A stretch of DNA of 63,366 bases, counting the filler, from Octopus bimaculoides (taxonomy: Eukaryota), in NCBI RefSeq assembly GCF_001194135.2. It is 5 parts of 4 records of this genome, joined end to end, with 100 filler letters (N's around TTAATTAATTAA, not from the genome) between each part and the next. Parts side by side here need not be neighbours in the genome. Positions count along the whole stretch, not along the records: positions 29,600 to 46,517 come from NC_069003.1; positions 46,618 to 56,786 come from NC_069001.1; 3 more parts are not named here. One strand, written 5' to 3'. Position numbers and translations under genes: made by a program. The notes below the pieces were generated by a model. It was not told the origin of the DNA, ran no database searches, and saw only the letters and a list, made by a program, of their open reading frames with translations. This document shows, in pieces, positions 39,628-53,742 of the stretch; within the stretch, counting starts at the first letter, position 1, and the number at the start of each line of letters is the position of its first letter.

Positions 39628-41082
39628 NNNNNNNNNNNNNNNNNNNNNNNNNNNNNNNNNNNNNNNNNNNNNNNNNNNNNNNNNNNNNNNNNNNNNNNNN
39701 NNNNNNNNNNNNNNNNNNNNNNNNNNNNNNNNNNNNNNNNNNNNNNNNNNNNNNNNNNNNNNNNNNNNNNNNNNNNNNNNNNNNNNNNNNNNNNNNNNNN
39801 NNNNNNNNNNNNNNNNNNNNNNNNNNNNNNNNNNNNNNNNNNNNNNNNNNNNNNNNNNNNNNNNNNNNNNNNNNNNNNNNNNNNNNNNNNNNNNNNNNNN
39901 NNNNNNNNNNNNNNNNNNNNNNNNNNNNNNNNNNNNNNNNNNNNNNNNNNNNNNNNNNNNNNNNNNNNNNNNNNNNNNNNNNNNNNNNNNNNNNNNNNNN
40001 NNNNNNNNNNNNNNNNNNNNNNNNNNNNNNNNNNNNNNNNNNNNNNNNNNNNNNNNNNNNNNNNNNNNNNNNNNNNNNNNNNNNNNNNNNNNNNNNNNNN
40101 NNNNNNNNNNNNNNNNNNNNNNNNNNNNNNNNNNNNNNNNNNNNNNNNNNNNNNNNNNNNNNNNNNNNNNNNNNNNNNNNNNNNNNNNNNNNNNNNNNNN
40201 NNNNNNNNNNNNNNNNNNNNNNNNNNNNNNNNNNNNNNNNNNNNNNNNNNNNNNNNNNNNNNNNNNNNNNNNNNNNNNNNNNNNNNNNNNNNNNNNNNNN
40301 NNNNNNNNNNNNNNNNNNNNNNNNNNNNNNNNNNNNNNNNNNNNNNNNNNNNNNNNNNNNNNTATATATATATATATATATATATATGTATGCATGTATG
40401 TATGTATGTATGTATGTATGTACGTATGTATGTATGTATGTGTGTGTGTTTCAGTTCATATATATCATTATTTCCGTCTACTTTATAGTTCAATCAATCA
40501 AATATTAAATGTCTATTTAACCCTTCATTTAACGATCTTTTTATCTACGTATCTATATATCTATTTATGTATCCCTGTATCTATTTCTATATCGATCAAT
40601 GCATTTATCTCTGTCTCATTATATGCAGTTTTATATAATTTAAATCCAGATATAACAACCGTATTTCCAATTTTAGGCAGCGTGACGAGTCATTCAACAA
40701 CCGTTTCGGCTTTGATCTGGAAACTTAAAGACGAAGGGACCAGTTTCGACATCATATGGTAAATCCTCTTCCAAACCAGACTATGTATTAATGGCTCCAA
40801 AAAATGTTCAGTATGTTCTCTTGAAGAATCACATCTTCTAAAGAACATGGAAACCTCCAGCGTTCCCTTCTGTTATTGGCCCGGGTATTGATCGATCCAG
40901 GCATGTAGTAGAAAACACTTGCCCAAGATGCCGCTCAATGACACTGGGAGCCAAGGAAATCTTAGATAGACTAGTCACAGGTGTGGCTGTGTAATAAGAA
41001 ACTTGCTTCCGGTTTATCGCTTTGTGAGTAACACACGTGTTTTGTTGTCTTAGCGGTGCGACATTTTCCCTCTTGTTTAATG

Positions 41083-42061
41083 GAGGGCCGTCGTGTGATG
41101 AGTTGTGAAAATTTGAATTATTCTTTTTCAGACTTTGTGTCATCTGAGGAAGAGTTGGTCAGAAGTCTGGAGAAAATTTATGAAGTAATGGAGACAAAGA
41201 ATTATGCAGAGGCGACGAAAGAAAAAAGCGAAGACGTGAGGCCGGAGGAATTGAGTAAATTCAAGGAAACAATTAAAAGGGAGGGGAACGAAGTGAAGGT
41301 GTCCCCACCCCTAAGGAGGTTTTAAAAGAAAAAAATGAGAAGACAATAATCTACAGAATATACTCGGTAACAACCAGGAAGATTGAAGTCATGTCGACGG
41401 CTCAAATAGAAAAGGCACTTAAACCATTCTTGCAAGAGGAAGAAAATTTAGGACAGTGGAGGTGCAGTTTCGAGAGGTAGCTACTGCCAGGCTGCACTCA
41501 GCAACACCGTTGAAAACAGATTTAGTGATGCTTCTACCCGTATACCTTGGGAGACGTGCTTCCAGGTTTAGGGTGGAAGATATACTCCTAGAAGTTGATG
41601 TGGCCTGGCTGGTAGCTGCCATACTGCTGTGCATGGAGGAGAAGGTGGTGGCCCTCCAGGCCACCAGAATACCCCACAGGAACTGGCAGGGGCAAATCCT
41701 AGACATGGTCGTACAGGTTGCTCCGGAAGATATTGAAAGTATGGTGGAGGCCATTAGGGTCGCAGACGTGACACTGAAAGTCAGAGTGGAAGGGAGGATT
41801 CCGTGGTGCTATAAATGTGGCCTGAAAGGCCACATTAGAGCAGATTGTCCTCCACCACCTGTGAAGGCTAAAGAAAGGCAAAAGAGTGAGAAAGTGGTCG
41901 GTGCTCCACTACCCGTAGAGGCTGAGGAAAAGCACGAGAAGAGTGGAGCGGCACCACAGAGAAAGACCAGTACCAGCGTCGAAGAAGAGGAGGTGGACAA
42001 TGAATGGGAAATAGCTGGGAAAAAGAGAAGAATGAGGAAAAAAGGCACACGCTCTCAATGA
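41083..42061 (+). mobile_element. Gag-like/ORF1-like remnant with a CCHC zinc knuckle
   Basis: VRVEGRIPWCYKCGLKGHIRADC is C-x2-C-x4-H-x4-C, followed by a charged low-complexity tail. The upstream part (41083-41325) is cut off by stops or frameshifts. It runs toward a gap at 42239. Confidence 0.7.
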
Positions 42062-42754
42062 CAATCACAATCTCGCACCCACTCGACTCCCACCCGACTT
42101 CCACCCACACCCACTTTACCCCAACTACTCCTACAGACATCAGCCCTTTCCATGCCCCACCTGACATGAAGACTAACACAAGCACACAAGAGCCCCAACT
42201 TTCCCCACCCTCGCCCTTGAAAAAACATGTTATATTGTNNNNNNNNNNNNNNNNNNNNNNNNNNNNNNNNNNNNNNNNNNNNNNNNNNNNNNNNNNNNNN
42301 NNNNNNNNNNNNNNNNNNNNNNNNNNNNNNNNNNNNNNNNNNNNNNNNNNNNNNNNNNNNNNNNNNNNNNNNNNNNNNNNNNNNNNNNNNNNNNNNNNNN
42401 NNNNNNNNNNNNNNNNNNNNNNNNNNNNNNNNNNNNNNNNNNNNNNNNNNNNNNNNNNNNNNNNNNNNNNNNNNNNNNNNNNNNNNNNNNNNNNNNNNNN
42501 NNNNNNNNNNNNNNNNNNNNNNNNNNNNNNNNNNNNNNNNNNNNNNNNNNNNNNNNNTTAGCTGTCGCTAATTAGTCTAAAAAAAAAGAAAGGTTGTATT
42601 AACCGGTTCAATGAAGTCGCTCGGAGATGGGGCCGAACGGTTTCATTTCATCGTTCATTATATTAAACCATCCTTTCTTTTCATTTTGTATTTTTTGTCC
42701 CCACCTTGTGGTATCCCCTCTTTGTACAGCTTTCTTGGCCAATTTCATAAAATA

Positions 42755-43150
42755 AAGGAGCTTGCTTTCCAGCAATATGGTTTCAGGTTCAGTCCCACTG
42801 TGTGGCACCTTGGGCAAGTGTCTTCTACTATAGCTTCAGGCCAATCAAAGCCTTGTGCGTAGATTTGGTAGATGGAAACTGAAAGAAGCCCTGTATGTGT
42901 GTACGTGTGCATTCTTGTGTGTGGGCACGTGTGTTTATGTGTGTGTGTGTGTGTTTGTGTTTTTGCTTGTCACCGACCACTGATGTTGGTGTGTTTACGT
43001 CCCCACAAACCAGAGGTTCGGTAAAAGAGACCGATAGAATAAATACTGGGCTTAAATAAAAATTCTGGAGTCGATTTGTCCGGCTAAAATCCTTCAAGGC
43101 GGTGCCCCAGCATGACTGCAGTTTGATAACTGAAACAAAAAAAAAAAAGA
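42755..43150 (+). mobile_element. CORE-type tRNA-derived SINE with internal (TG)n
   Basis: ggttcagtcccactgtgtggcaccttgggcaagtgtcttctactatagc (B box plus CORE-like), tail aaggcggtgccccagcatg, A-rich end. Confidence 0.8.
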
Positions 43151-43199
43151 AACATATAACAGTGTGGGAGGCTGAGTGGAGAATGACACAGGTCTTGAG

Positions 43200-44024
43200 A
43201 TCTGTGATGGTGATGGTGATGGTGGTGGTGTGGTTTGGGGGATGACGATGACGATGATGGTGGCGGTGATATTGGTGGCACCGGTGGGCGGGATGACCGT
43301 TATAGTGTGATTGCAGTGGTGGGGTTGTGGTGGTGATGGTGGTAGTAGTAGTGATTGTGCGGTGATGGTAGTGATAATATTGGCTGTATAGATGATGTTG
43401 ATGGTGGTCATGCTTGTGGTTGTGTTGGTGGTGGTAGTTGTGATGTGCCTGTGGTGGTGGTGGTGGTGGTCGTCATTCTGGTGGCGGTGGTGGTCGTGCT
43501 GGTAGGAATGGTCGTTGTGGTAGGAGCGAGGGTGGTGGTTGTGTTGTTGCGGTGGTGACGGTTGTAGTGTTGATGGTAGGGTTCTGGTGTTAGTGAAGGT
43601 GATGGTGGTATTTGTGGTGCGGTGGTAGGAATGGCGGATGTGGCAATAGCGGTTGTAGTGTTGGTGGTAGCGTTGGTATTGCTGTTGTTCTTGTTGGTGG
43701 TGGTTGTGGTAGTAGTAGTGTTGGTGGTAGTAGGAGTGATTGTGGTTGTAGTGGTAGATGTGGTGGTGTGGATGGGTGGGTGGTAAGCGATTGATAGTGG
43801 CTTGAGTGATGGTGGTGGTTGTGGGGGTGATGGTTGTAGTGATGGCGGCGGCAGCGGTGGTGGTGGTGGTGGGTGGCAAAGGTGGTTGTGGTGATGGTCG
43901 AGGTGGTTGCTTATCTAGTCTTGTTTGAGAGTAGGGTTTGGGTAGTTGTGTGCATTACATTATTTGTCGAAAATGTCAGCTGGGAAACAATAGCAACAAC
44001 ATAAGCAACAACAACAACAAAAGC

Positions 44025-44057
<33 letters not shown>

Positions 44058-44090
44058 AGCAAAAGTAAAGACAACAGCAAAACGACGAGG
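43200..44090 (+). repeat. Cryptically simple trinucleotide block (GGT/GAT/GTT, then CAA)
   Basis: Degenerate triplet repeats that explain the His/Thr/Val-rich pseudo-ORFs. Confidence 0.9.
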
Positions 44091-44371
44091 AGGATAACGA
44101 GGATACTACTTCACTTTCGATTAAAGAATACACAGTCAGAAGCATTAGTAAAAGTTTGTGCGCATTCAACGGTGCGGGCATGGATAGACGGGTTAAGAAA
44201 GAGGGGGGAAATATGGTAAGGGCGTGGATATTTTAGATGGGGAGAAATGAAGGTGGGTGGTTGATGAAGGAGAGACAAAGAAGTGGTTTGGAGTAAATAA
44301 CGCTGAGGTATACAAGTAGACTGACATACATACATACATGCATGCATACATACATACATACATACATACAT

Positions 44372-44429
<58 letters not shown>

Positions 44430-44617
44430 AATATATGAGTATATGCATATATATGTACATGTATGTAGTATATACGTTCATCTACATGTACATATAGATA
44501 CATAACTGGGTACAGAGTTTAGAAGTGGTTTGGAGTAAATAACGCTGAGGTATACAAGTAGACTGACATACATACATACATGCATGCATACATACATACA
44601 TACATACATACATACAT

Positions 44618-44657
<40 letters not shown>

Positions 44658-45431
44658 AATATATGAGTATATGCATATATATGTACATGTATGNNNNNNN
44701 NNNNNNNNNNNNNNNNNNNNNNNNNNNNNNNNNNNNNNNNNNNNNNNNNNNNNNNNNNNNNNNNNNNNNNNNNNNNNNNNNNNNNNNNNNNNNNNNNNNN
44801 NNNNNNNNNNNNNNNNNNNNNNNNNNNNNNNNNNNNNNNNNNNNNNNNNNNNNNNNNNNNNNNNNNNNNNNNNNNNNNNNNNNNNNNNNNNNNNNNNNNN
44901 NNNNNNNNNNNNNNNNNNNNNNNNNNNNNNNNNNNNNNNNNNNNNNNNNNNNNNNNNNNNNNNNNNNNNNNNNNNNNNNNNNNNNNNNNNNNNNNNNNNN
45001 NNNNNNNNNNNNNNNNNNNNNNNNNNNNNNNNNNNNNNNNNNNNNNNNNNNNNNNNNNNNNNNNNNNNNNNNNNNNNNNNNNNNNNNNNNNNNNNNNNNN
45101 NNNNNNNNNNNNNNNNNNNNNNNNNNNNNNNNNNNNNNNNNNNNNNNNNNNNNNNNNNNNNNNNNNNNNNNNNNNNNNNNNNNNNNNNNNNNNNNNNNNN
45201 NNNNNNNNNNNNNNNNNNNNNNNNNNNNNNNNNNNNNNNNNNNNNNNNNNNNNNNNNNNNNNNNNNNNNNNNNNNNNNNNNNNNNNNNNNNNNNNNNNNN
45301 NNNNNNNNNNNNNNNNNNNNNNNNNNNNNNNNNNNNNNNNNNNNNNNNNNNNNNNNNNNNNNNNNNNNNNNNNNNNNNNNNNNNNNNNNNNNNNNNNNNN
45401 NNNNNNNNNNNNNNNNNNNNNNNNNNNNNNN

Positions 45432-45502
<71 letters not shown>

Positions 45503-45519
45503 TTGTTTGTGTATGTTTG

Positions 45520-45985
45520 TTCCCCACCACCACTTAACAACCAGTGCTAGTATGTTTACGTCTCAGTAACTTCGGCAAAAGAGGCCGATAGAATATTTAC
45601 CAGGCATTAAAAAAAATACTAGGGTCGATACGTTCGGCTACAAATTATTGAAGGTGGTGCCCCAGCATGGCCGCACTCTAATGACTGAAATGTGTAAACG
45701 CTGAACGATAAAAGACAGACAAATTTATACATAGATATACAAACCGATAGATAGAGAGATAGATAGGTAGACTTAGAGAGATAATTTAATAGATATATAG
45801 ACTTTTGGATAACTAATGATGATTTCAAATTTTGACGCAGGCCATCAATTTTTGGGGCGGAACTAATCAATTAAATCGACTCCAATGTTCATTTCATTGA
45901 GCTCAAAAAGATGTATAACCAAGTCGAATTCCGCGGAACTCAGAACGTAAAGTTGGAGGAAATGTCGCTGAGTATTTATCCTGGT
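45520..45985. mobile_element. CORE-SINE 3' half (+, 45520-45700) and degenerate main-family SINE (-, 45820-45985)
   Basis: gaaggtggtgccccagcatggccgca tail; ctcagaacgtaaag..aaatgtcgctgag core. Confidence 0.6.
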
Positions 45986-46014
45986 TTTGGGTAAAAGAAA
46001 ATACAAGTGAATCA

Positions 46015-46110
46015 GTTTATTATGATTTTATTCAACATATTCTCCTCTCAGATTCACACACTTATTACAGCGGTCCTGAAGTTTCTCTAAGCCCTATAAT
46101 AGAACTTAAA
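46015..46110 (-). mobile_element. Mariner transposase extreme C-terminal fragment
   Basis: Minus strand RCNKCVNLRGEYVE* matches the RW.KCV...G.Y.E terminus. Confidence 0.55.
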
Positions 46111-46471
46111 AATATAAATAATTTTTGAGTTCTCTAGTCATTAAATTATACTGCGATTCGATATTTACCGCGTATGATTTCTGATATTAATTACATGATC
46201 AAGATGGGCTTGTAGATGGAATATATTCGCGAGAAATGCGTGTATAAGTTGGTTTCTACGAATAGATTTATTGGTATGTACATGTATTTCTTACTTATAT
46301 ATTTATCGATGTATTTCTACTGAGGATGGCAAAGCCATTTTTATTGCAGAGAATGAAATCTTGAAATCTAGAATTATCCGAAATTTTGTAAATATTCTTG
46401 CTCATTTTTATACACAAGACCACTGATATAATAATTTTTATGATTATATCCTTAACTTATAAGTATATATG

Positions 46472-46517
<46 letters not shown>

Positions 46518-46741
46518 NNNNNNNNNNNNNNNNNNNNNNNNNNNNNNNNNNNNNNNNNNNNTTAATTAATTAANNNNNNNNNNNNNNNNNNNNNNNNNNN
46601 NNNNNNNNNNNNNNNNNATCTATTTGAATCTACTCTGATATTTTTTTTTCTTTCTGTTCCCTATGTCACAACGATATTTATCTGCGGCGTATGCATGAAT
46701 GTGAGCATGTACGGATGTATATCTATATGTATGGATGAGGC

Positions 46742-46785
<44 letters not shown>

Positions 46786-46924
46786 TAATATTTCGATGTG
46801 AGGACCGATATATGCAATACACGCAGTAACACGTTTCCCCCCTCTTCCTCTCTGTTTTTCTGATTTCCATCTCTCTCTCACTACTCCCCTGTCTCTCCTT
46901 GTCTTCCCTCTCTCTCTCTAACAC

Positions 46925-46966
<42 letters not shown>

Positions 46967-47739
46967 TCCCTCTCTCTCTATCATACTCCCTACACACACG
47001 TACATAATGCCAAAGAGTTATTGAGTCTAATTGTTTCGCATTTTTTTTGCTCCAATTTTCCATTCTTCGTTTATATGTTGTTTTTTTTATTATTTTATTA
47101 TTTTTATAGTCGTTTTATTCATCGACGACATCCAAGTTGATAATGTTTTATAAAAATATAGGATAGGAAGTACAGTAAGTGAATAAATGAATAGTGCTGG
47201 CGATCTATTCACATCAATATAGTATAGTTACACCTCGGTGCACAACATCGCTGAAATTGATGCTTTAAGAATATTCTTTAAAAATATTCGCATTTCATTT
47301 GGACAATTTTAGAATGCTTTCCATTTTATTTGGTCCATTTCGTTTGTAGGGGGCGGTGTAGGTTGGGATGGGGGAGGAGAAATATTTCTGTTATTTTTAC
47401 ACATGTTTGTATATTGTTTCTTGTTCTCTTTCGATGTTGTTTTTTTGGGGAGGGGGTGATTTTTGCAGTTTTTTTTTTGTTTTGTTTAATGCTGATGGTT
47501 TTCTGCAATTTCATACATTTAGAAAATTGAATCGCCAACAGCCTGAGGTGTTAACATCTATATACGCGTGTACGTATGTACATAAGCGTGCGTATGCATG
47601 TGTGTTTGAGTGTGTGTATGTGTGAGTGTGGGGGTACATATAATATATGTGTGTGTATGTATATATATATATGTGGGAGTGCATATATGTGTGTGTGTGT
47701 ATCTATGTATATATATGTGTGTGTGTGTGTGTATCTATG

Positions 47740-47772
<33 letters not shown>

Positions 47773-47955
47773 CTATGTGCGTGTGAATATATGCACTTTA
47801 CACAAGTATATCGTAAATGTAGTTATATTTATATCTACGTAGGTATATATATAACTATTATATATGTATGTATATGTATATGTATAAATATATAAATATA
47901 TGAGTGTGTATATGTATATATTTATATAAATATATATATATATACACACACATAC

Positions 47956-48013
<58 letters not shown>

Positions 48014-48390
48014 NNNNNNNNNNNNNNNNNNNNNNNNNNNNNNNNNNNNNNNNNNNNNNNNNNNNNNNNNNNNNNNNNNNNNNNNNNNNNNNNNNNNNNN
48101 NNNNNNNNNNNNNNNNNNNNNNNNNNNNNNNNNNNNNNNNNNNNNNNNNNNNNNNNNNNNNNNNNNNNNNNNNNNNNNNNNNNNNNNNNNNNNNNNNNNN
48201 NNNNNNNNNNNNNNNNNNNNNNNNNNNNNNNNNNNNNNNNNNNNNNNNNNNNNNNNNNNNNNNNNNNNNNNNNNNNNNNNNNNNNNNNNNNNNNNNNNNN
48301 NNNNNNNNNNNNNNNNNNNNNNNNNNNNNNNNNNNNNNNNNNNNNNNNNNNNNNNNNNNNNNNNNNNNNNNNNNNNNNNNNNNNNNNNNN

Positions 48391-48448
<58 letters not shown>

Positions 48449-49119
48449 ATTGTGGGTGTGGGTGTGTCTGTGTGTGTACATACATATGCACCCCCACACA
48501 TATATTTATATATATATCCATCCATACATATTTGTACACGTATATGCATATGCTTTTTATACATATCCACATATATCTATGTGTGTGTGTACGTACGTGT
48601 GTATGTGTGTGCTTTGTGTGTGTGTGTGTGTTGATATTTTGTGTATGTGTGTGTGTATGTGTGTGTATTAATTGCATTATATGTGTTTTGATACTTAGCA
48701 ATCTTGCCGTCATTTATTCATATATGTATATAAGACATATCTCTACATCTGTATCTATGTGTGTAAACTATATATATATACATACATATACGCCTGCATG
48801 TATGTATAGGCTCTAAAAATGATACCTATAAACAGTGGGAGCATTATATATCTACAAACACAATCTAGTTTACAATTATCATATGTGTGTGCGTGTGTGT
48901 GCGTGTGTGTGTGTGTGTGTGTATGGGTGTGAGGTTGTTTGTGTGTTTTTGCCTATGTGTGTTTTTGGTGGGGTTTTTTTATTATTTTCAATCTTTTTGT
49001 ATATATATATATATATATATGCATGTGTATTTGTATTGTATTTGTGCAATGGTGGGTGATATTGAGTTAAAATGTCCAATGTCTATGAACCAGTAAATAA
49101 AACATTTACAGGATGTTCT

Positions 49120-49271
49120 CCGGGGGAGGGGCAAAAGGAAGAGGAGGGGCAGCAGCAGCAGCAGCAGGAAGAGGAGGAAGACGAAGAGGAAGAGGAAGAA
49201 GTGGATGAGGTGGTAGTGAGGGTGGTGATGGAGGAAATGGCTTTGAATTGTTAATGGTGATGGTGATCACA

Positions 49272-49320
<49 letters not shown>

Positions 49321-49415
49321 CAATGATGATGACAATGATGATGACAATGATGATGACGACCACGATAATGAATACGATAATGGTGATGACGATGACGGTG
49401 ATGATTCTGATCATG
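49120..49415 (+). repeat. GAG/CAG/GAT trinucleotide low-complexity block
   Basis: Read directly. Confidence 0.9.
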
Positions 49416-49689
49416 ATGGTGTTCTTGATAAAGAGTGGGTATCTAAGTTTTCCCAAATCCTTCCTAAAAGCTTTCGAATCTTGGACACTCGAGTTCGATA
49501 CCATTGATATTTATCTTACACAAACTTTTTTTTTTTTTTGACATAGCTTCGTGTGCACCCGAGCCTTGTGCATGGAACTATCTAGATAAGTAGTTCTCAA
49601 TCGGATTCCATGTGACCCTTAGATGCGGAGTTCATATAAGCTTTTTATAAAGTTTATGTGCAATGAATTGGTATGACTTCAATAAGCAA

Positions 49690-49960
49690 TATAGCCTCGA
49701 GCCGACCAAAGCCTTGTGAGTGGATTTGGTAGACGGAAACTGAAAGAAGCCCGTCGTATATCTATATGCGCGCGTGTGTGTGTATTTGCTTGTGTGTCTG
49801 CGTTTGGTCCCCCCCCCCATCGCTTGACAACCGATGTTGGTGTGTTTACGTTCCCGTTAGTTAGCGGTTCAGCAAAAAGAGACCAATAGAATAAGTACTA
49901 GCCTTACAAAGAATAAGTACTGGGGGCCGTTTTGTTCAACTAAATGCGGTGTAGCCCATG
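49690..49960 (+). mobile_element. CORE-SINE partial copy
   Basis: gccgaccaaagccttgtgagtggatttggtagacggaaactgaaagaagcccgtcgtat. Confidence 0.7.
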
Positions 49961-50479
49961 GCGTGCTCCAAAAATATAAACGTACGATCAAAGACAGTCC
50001 AACTAGGACCATACCATCTTTATTTCGAACTCTACATCTATGAATACAAAACTTAATGTACCTTTCATTTAAACAACATAGAATAGATCTTGAGGAATAT
50101 TTCGCTCCTATTTGTAGCAGATCAAGCGACCACATGTATGTTCCCATTCTGACTCATGCAAATTATCTTCAAGAAGCGAGAATCACAGAGAATATATCCC
50201 AAGAAGTAGTTTCACAGACCGGAACATTACTCGTCGAACACGACGGAGGATCGATTTAGAATATATATGTACGAACATATGTGCACATACGTCATTGTAC
50301 GTCCGATTCGGTATGTTATTCTTAATGATAGTGTATATTTATAAAGCATTATGGCGAAAGACGGCGTTTACGAGTCACGTGATATTTATGCATTGATGTC
50401 AGATCAAACGGACCGCTAGACCAAATCAGTAAATTGATGACAAATATTGATCTGTCGCGTGATTTCTATACACGAACAG

Positions 50480-50658
50480 ACATAAACATGTTCTTACACA
50501 GAGCATCCTACATATGTGTGTGTATAATATATATACATATGTATATACACACACATATATATACATACATACACATATATAATATTTATTCCTTATTAAT
50601 AGCTGAGTATTATATACATAGATATCTGTGTATATGTATGCATGTATATATGCATATA

Positions 50659-50755
<97 letters not shown>

Positions 50756-50948
50756 GCATATATACATATATGTATGTATATATATATATTTACATACATA
50801 TATATATATACATAAATATATACATATATACGTATATATATGTATATATGTATATGTGTATGTGTGTATATAGCATATATACATATATGCTTGTATATAG
50901 TTACATATATATATATCTAATATATATATATATATATTTATATATATT

Positions 50949-50990
<42 letters not shown>
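50480..50990 (+). repeat. Long (TA)n/(CATA)n/(TG)n compound microsatellite
   Basis: Read directly; representative of dozens of similar tracts, many bordering N gaps. Confidence 0.95.
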
Positions 50991-50992
<2 letters not shown>

Positions 50993-51223
50993 GCCCACAT
51001 TACAACATAACGTACTGAAGTCACATGATACGTCATACAAGGTGGGTGGCGGAGGAAAGTTTCGAAAATTCACTTAAATATCTGAAGACATTGGAAATTA
51101 TCGTTATGAATTCGGTTGTTATGTCACAAAGTCATATGCGCCGAATGGAATTGGTTGATTGTTCGGCATATGGAACCAGAAATCTATGAGGATGCGTGAG
51201 TGTATCGATGAGTATGTGCGTGT

Positions 51224-51258
<35 letters not shown>

Positions 51259-51319
51259 TTTATTTGTATGTGTGTAGGGAAAATAATTTTTTTGTTGATT
51301 AATGTGACGTTATTATCAT

Positions 51320-51605
51320 TTCCTTATCTTTCACTTGTTTCAATCATTAGACTGCGACCATGCTGGGGTACCACCATGAAGAATTTTAGTCCAGCAAATC
51401 AAGTCCAGGATTTAATTTTGCTTTTATAGTAGAGGGAACCAGTCGATTAGATGGCCCCTGTACGCCAATGGTACTTAATTTATCGACACTGAAAAGATGA
51501 AAGGCGAAGTTGACATTGGCGTAATTTGAACTCAGAAAATAAAGACAGGCGAAATACCGTTAAGCTTTACGCCTGGTGTGCTAACGTTTCTGCCAGCTCG
51601 CCGCC
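51320..51605 (-). mobile_element. CORE-SINE tail (51320-51410) plus main-family SINE (51412-51605)
   Basis: gactgcgaccatgctggggtaccacc; head gctaacgtttctgccagctcgccgcc. Confidence 0.75.
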
Positions 51606-51744
51606 TTAAAGATAATATCTTAATATCAAACACATGTTCTGTTTTTAGTATATTCATTTTCATTGAGCCTGACACTGTCACACATCGAGAAGGTTTGTAT
51701 GAACACCATCATTTTCATGTCACAAAATGATGCTGTGCCATGTC

Positions 51745-51950
51745 TGGTTTGTTCCTCAGCTCCAGAGGTTGACGGTGGATTTGAATGATCGTTGGTTTCA
51801 ACAAGATGCTGCCCCACCCCACTATATCATCAATGTCAGGGAATAACTGAATGAAGTTTTTCGGGATAGATGGATGGGACGAAGATCACAACTTCCAGCA
51901 CCTCTCGAATGCCCTCCTAGAAGTCCAAACCTCACGTCTTGCGACAACGC
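51745..51950 (+). mobile_element. Tc1/mariner-superfamily transposase catalytic fragment
   Basis: WFVPQLQRLTVDLNDRWFQQDAAPPHYIINVRE*LNEVFRDRWMGRRSQLPAPLECPPRSPNLTSCD. Confidence 0.8.
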
Positions 51951-51954
51951 AAGA

Positions 51955-52560
51955 CATTATCTTCTTCTATTACTACTACTACTAATTTTCTTCCACTTAA
52001 TATCTTCTTCATCTTCATTTTCTTTTATTTCTTCTTCTTCTTCTTCTTCTTCTTCTTCTTCTTCTTCCATTTCTTCTTCTTCTTCCATTTCTTCTTCTTC
52101 TTCTTCTTCTTCTTCTTCTTCTTCTTCTTCTACATTATCTTTTTCTATTACTACTACTACTACTACTAACTTTCTTTCACTTTGTATCTTCTTCTTCATC
52201 TTTATCTTCTTCATCTTCATTTTCTTCTATTTCTTCTTCATCTTCTTCTTCTTCTTCCTTCTCCTCCTCCTCCTCTTCTTTCTCTTCTGCCACTACTCTT
52301 ACTACCTTCTCTTTCGACTTATTTTCTTCATAATCCTCATTTTCCTCCTCCTCGTTCTTCGTCCTTTCATCAGTATAGTCTTTCCTTCCTAATTTTCTCT
52401 TCTCTTCCCCATCTTCATTCTCCTCCTTCTTCATCATCTTTCTTCTCCTCTTCTTCCTTCTCCACCTTCTCTTCCTCCTCCTTATCCTTCGTTGTTCTTG
52501 TTCCTCGTCATATTGTCTGTTTCTTTCATCCTTCTCCTCCCCTCTTCTTTCTTCAACTCT
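51955..52560 (+). repeat. (CTT)n/(CTA)n/(CCT)n pyrimidine-rich block
   Basis: Read directly. Confidence 0.9.
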
Positions 52561-52737
52561 CTCTCTTTCCCTCTCTCTCTCTATCTCTCTTTCATTTTTA
52601 TAAAAATTCTCTTATTTATCTCGTTCACCAATAAAATTAATACAACACAATTCCACACGTGATTTTACGTGATTTCCCAGTTTTGTTATCACTAAATTTT
52701 AATTAAACGCTGATTCAGCCATTACTATCTTTGCCAC

Positions 52738-52791
<54 letters not shown>

Positions 52792-52936
52792 NNNNNNNNN
52801 NNNNNNNNNNNNNNNNNNNNNNNNNNNNNNNNNNNNNNNNNNNNNNNNNNNNNNNNNNNNNNNNNNNNNNNNNNNNNNNNNNNNNNNNNNNNNNNNNNNN
52901 NNNNNNNNNNNNNNNNNNNNNNNNNNNNNNNNNNNN

Positions 52937-52991
<55 letters not shown>

Positions 52992-53320
52992 GTATATATT
53001 CATTTCTTCCTGTCTATCACCCTTTCTGTTTGTCATTCATTTTTTTCTATCTAATTTATTTTCTTTCTCGCTTTCCTCTTTTTATTTTTTCTTCCCCTAT
53101 TTCTTTCTGTTTCTTTTTTCTTACAAGCTTTCTGTCTCCCTAACTTACATTCTTTCTTTCTTTCTTCCTTCCTTTCTTTCTTCTATTATTTCTTTATTTA
53201 TTTATTTATTTACTCCTTCCCTCTTTTTTTCTTTTGCTGTGAATAATGAAGGTTAATTGGGAAATGTTGTAATTGATGTTTTTTTTTAAATTACCGTCTT
53301 GTTATTGCTGTTGTTTTTGC

Positions 53321-53362
<42 letters not shown>

Positions 53363-53659
53363 CATTATTATTATTATTATTATCATTATCATCTTTTTTA
53401 ATTTATTTCATTGTATTCGAAAAATTTAAAGAAACCCCGGCAATTGAAATNNNNNNNNNNNNNNNNNNNNNNNNNNNNNNNNNNNNNNNNNNNNNNNNNN
53501 NNNNNNNNNNNNNNNNNNNNNNNNNNNNNNNNNNNNNNNNNNNNNNNNNNNNNNNNNNNNNNNNNNNNNNNNNNNNNNNNNNNNNNNNNNNNNNNNNNNN
53601 NNNNNNNNNNNNNNNNNNNNNNNNNNNNNNNNNNNNNNNNNNNNNNNNNNNNNNNNNNN

Positions 53660-53742
<83 letters not shown>

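Noticed and set aside
43094-43879. His/Thr/Gln-rich, poly-Met, poly-Glu and YI/CV/ER-repeat ORFs (also 49072-49541, 50426-51018, 51874-52634, 56057-56766)
   Set aside because: They are translations of simple repeats, with no domain or splice support.
44281-44693. ~240-bp tandem duplication (also 4990-5180, and a 60-bp duplicate at 54996 and 55976)
   Set aside because: Each abuts an N gap inside microsatellite, so it is most likely contig-end overlap. It may be a real minisatellite but cannot be verified here.
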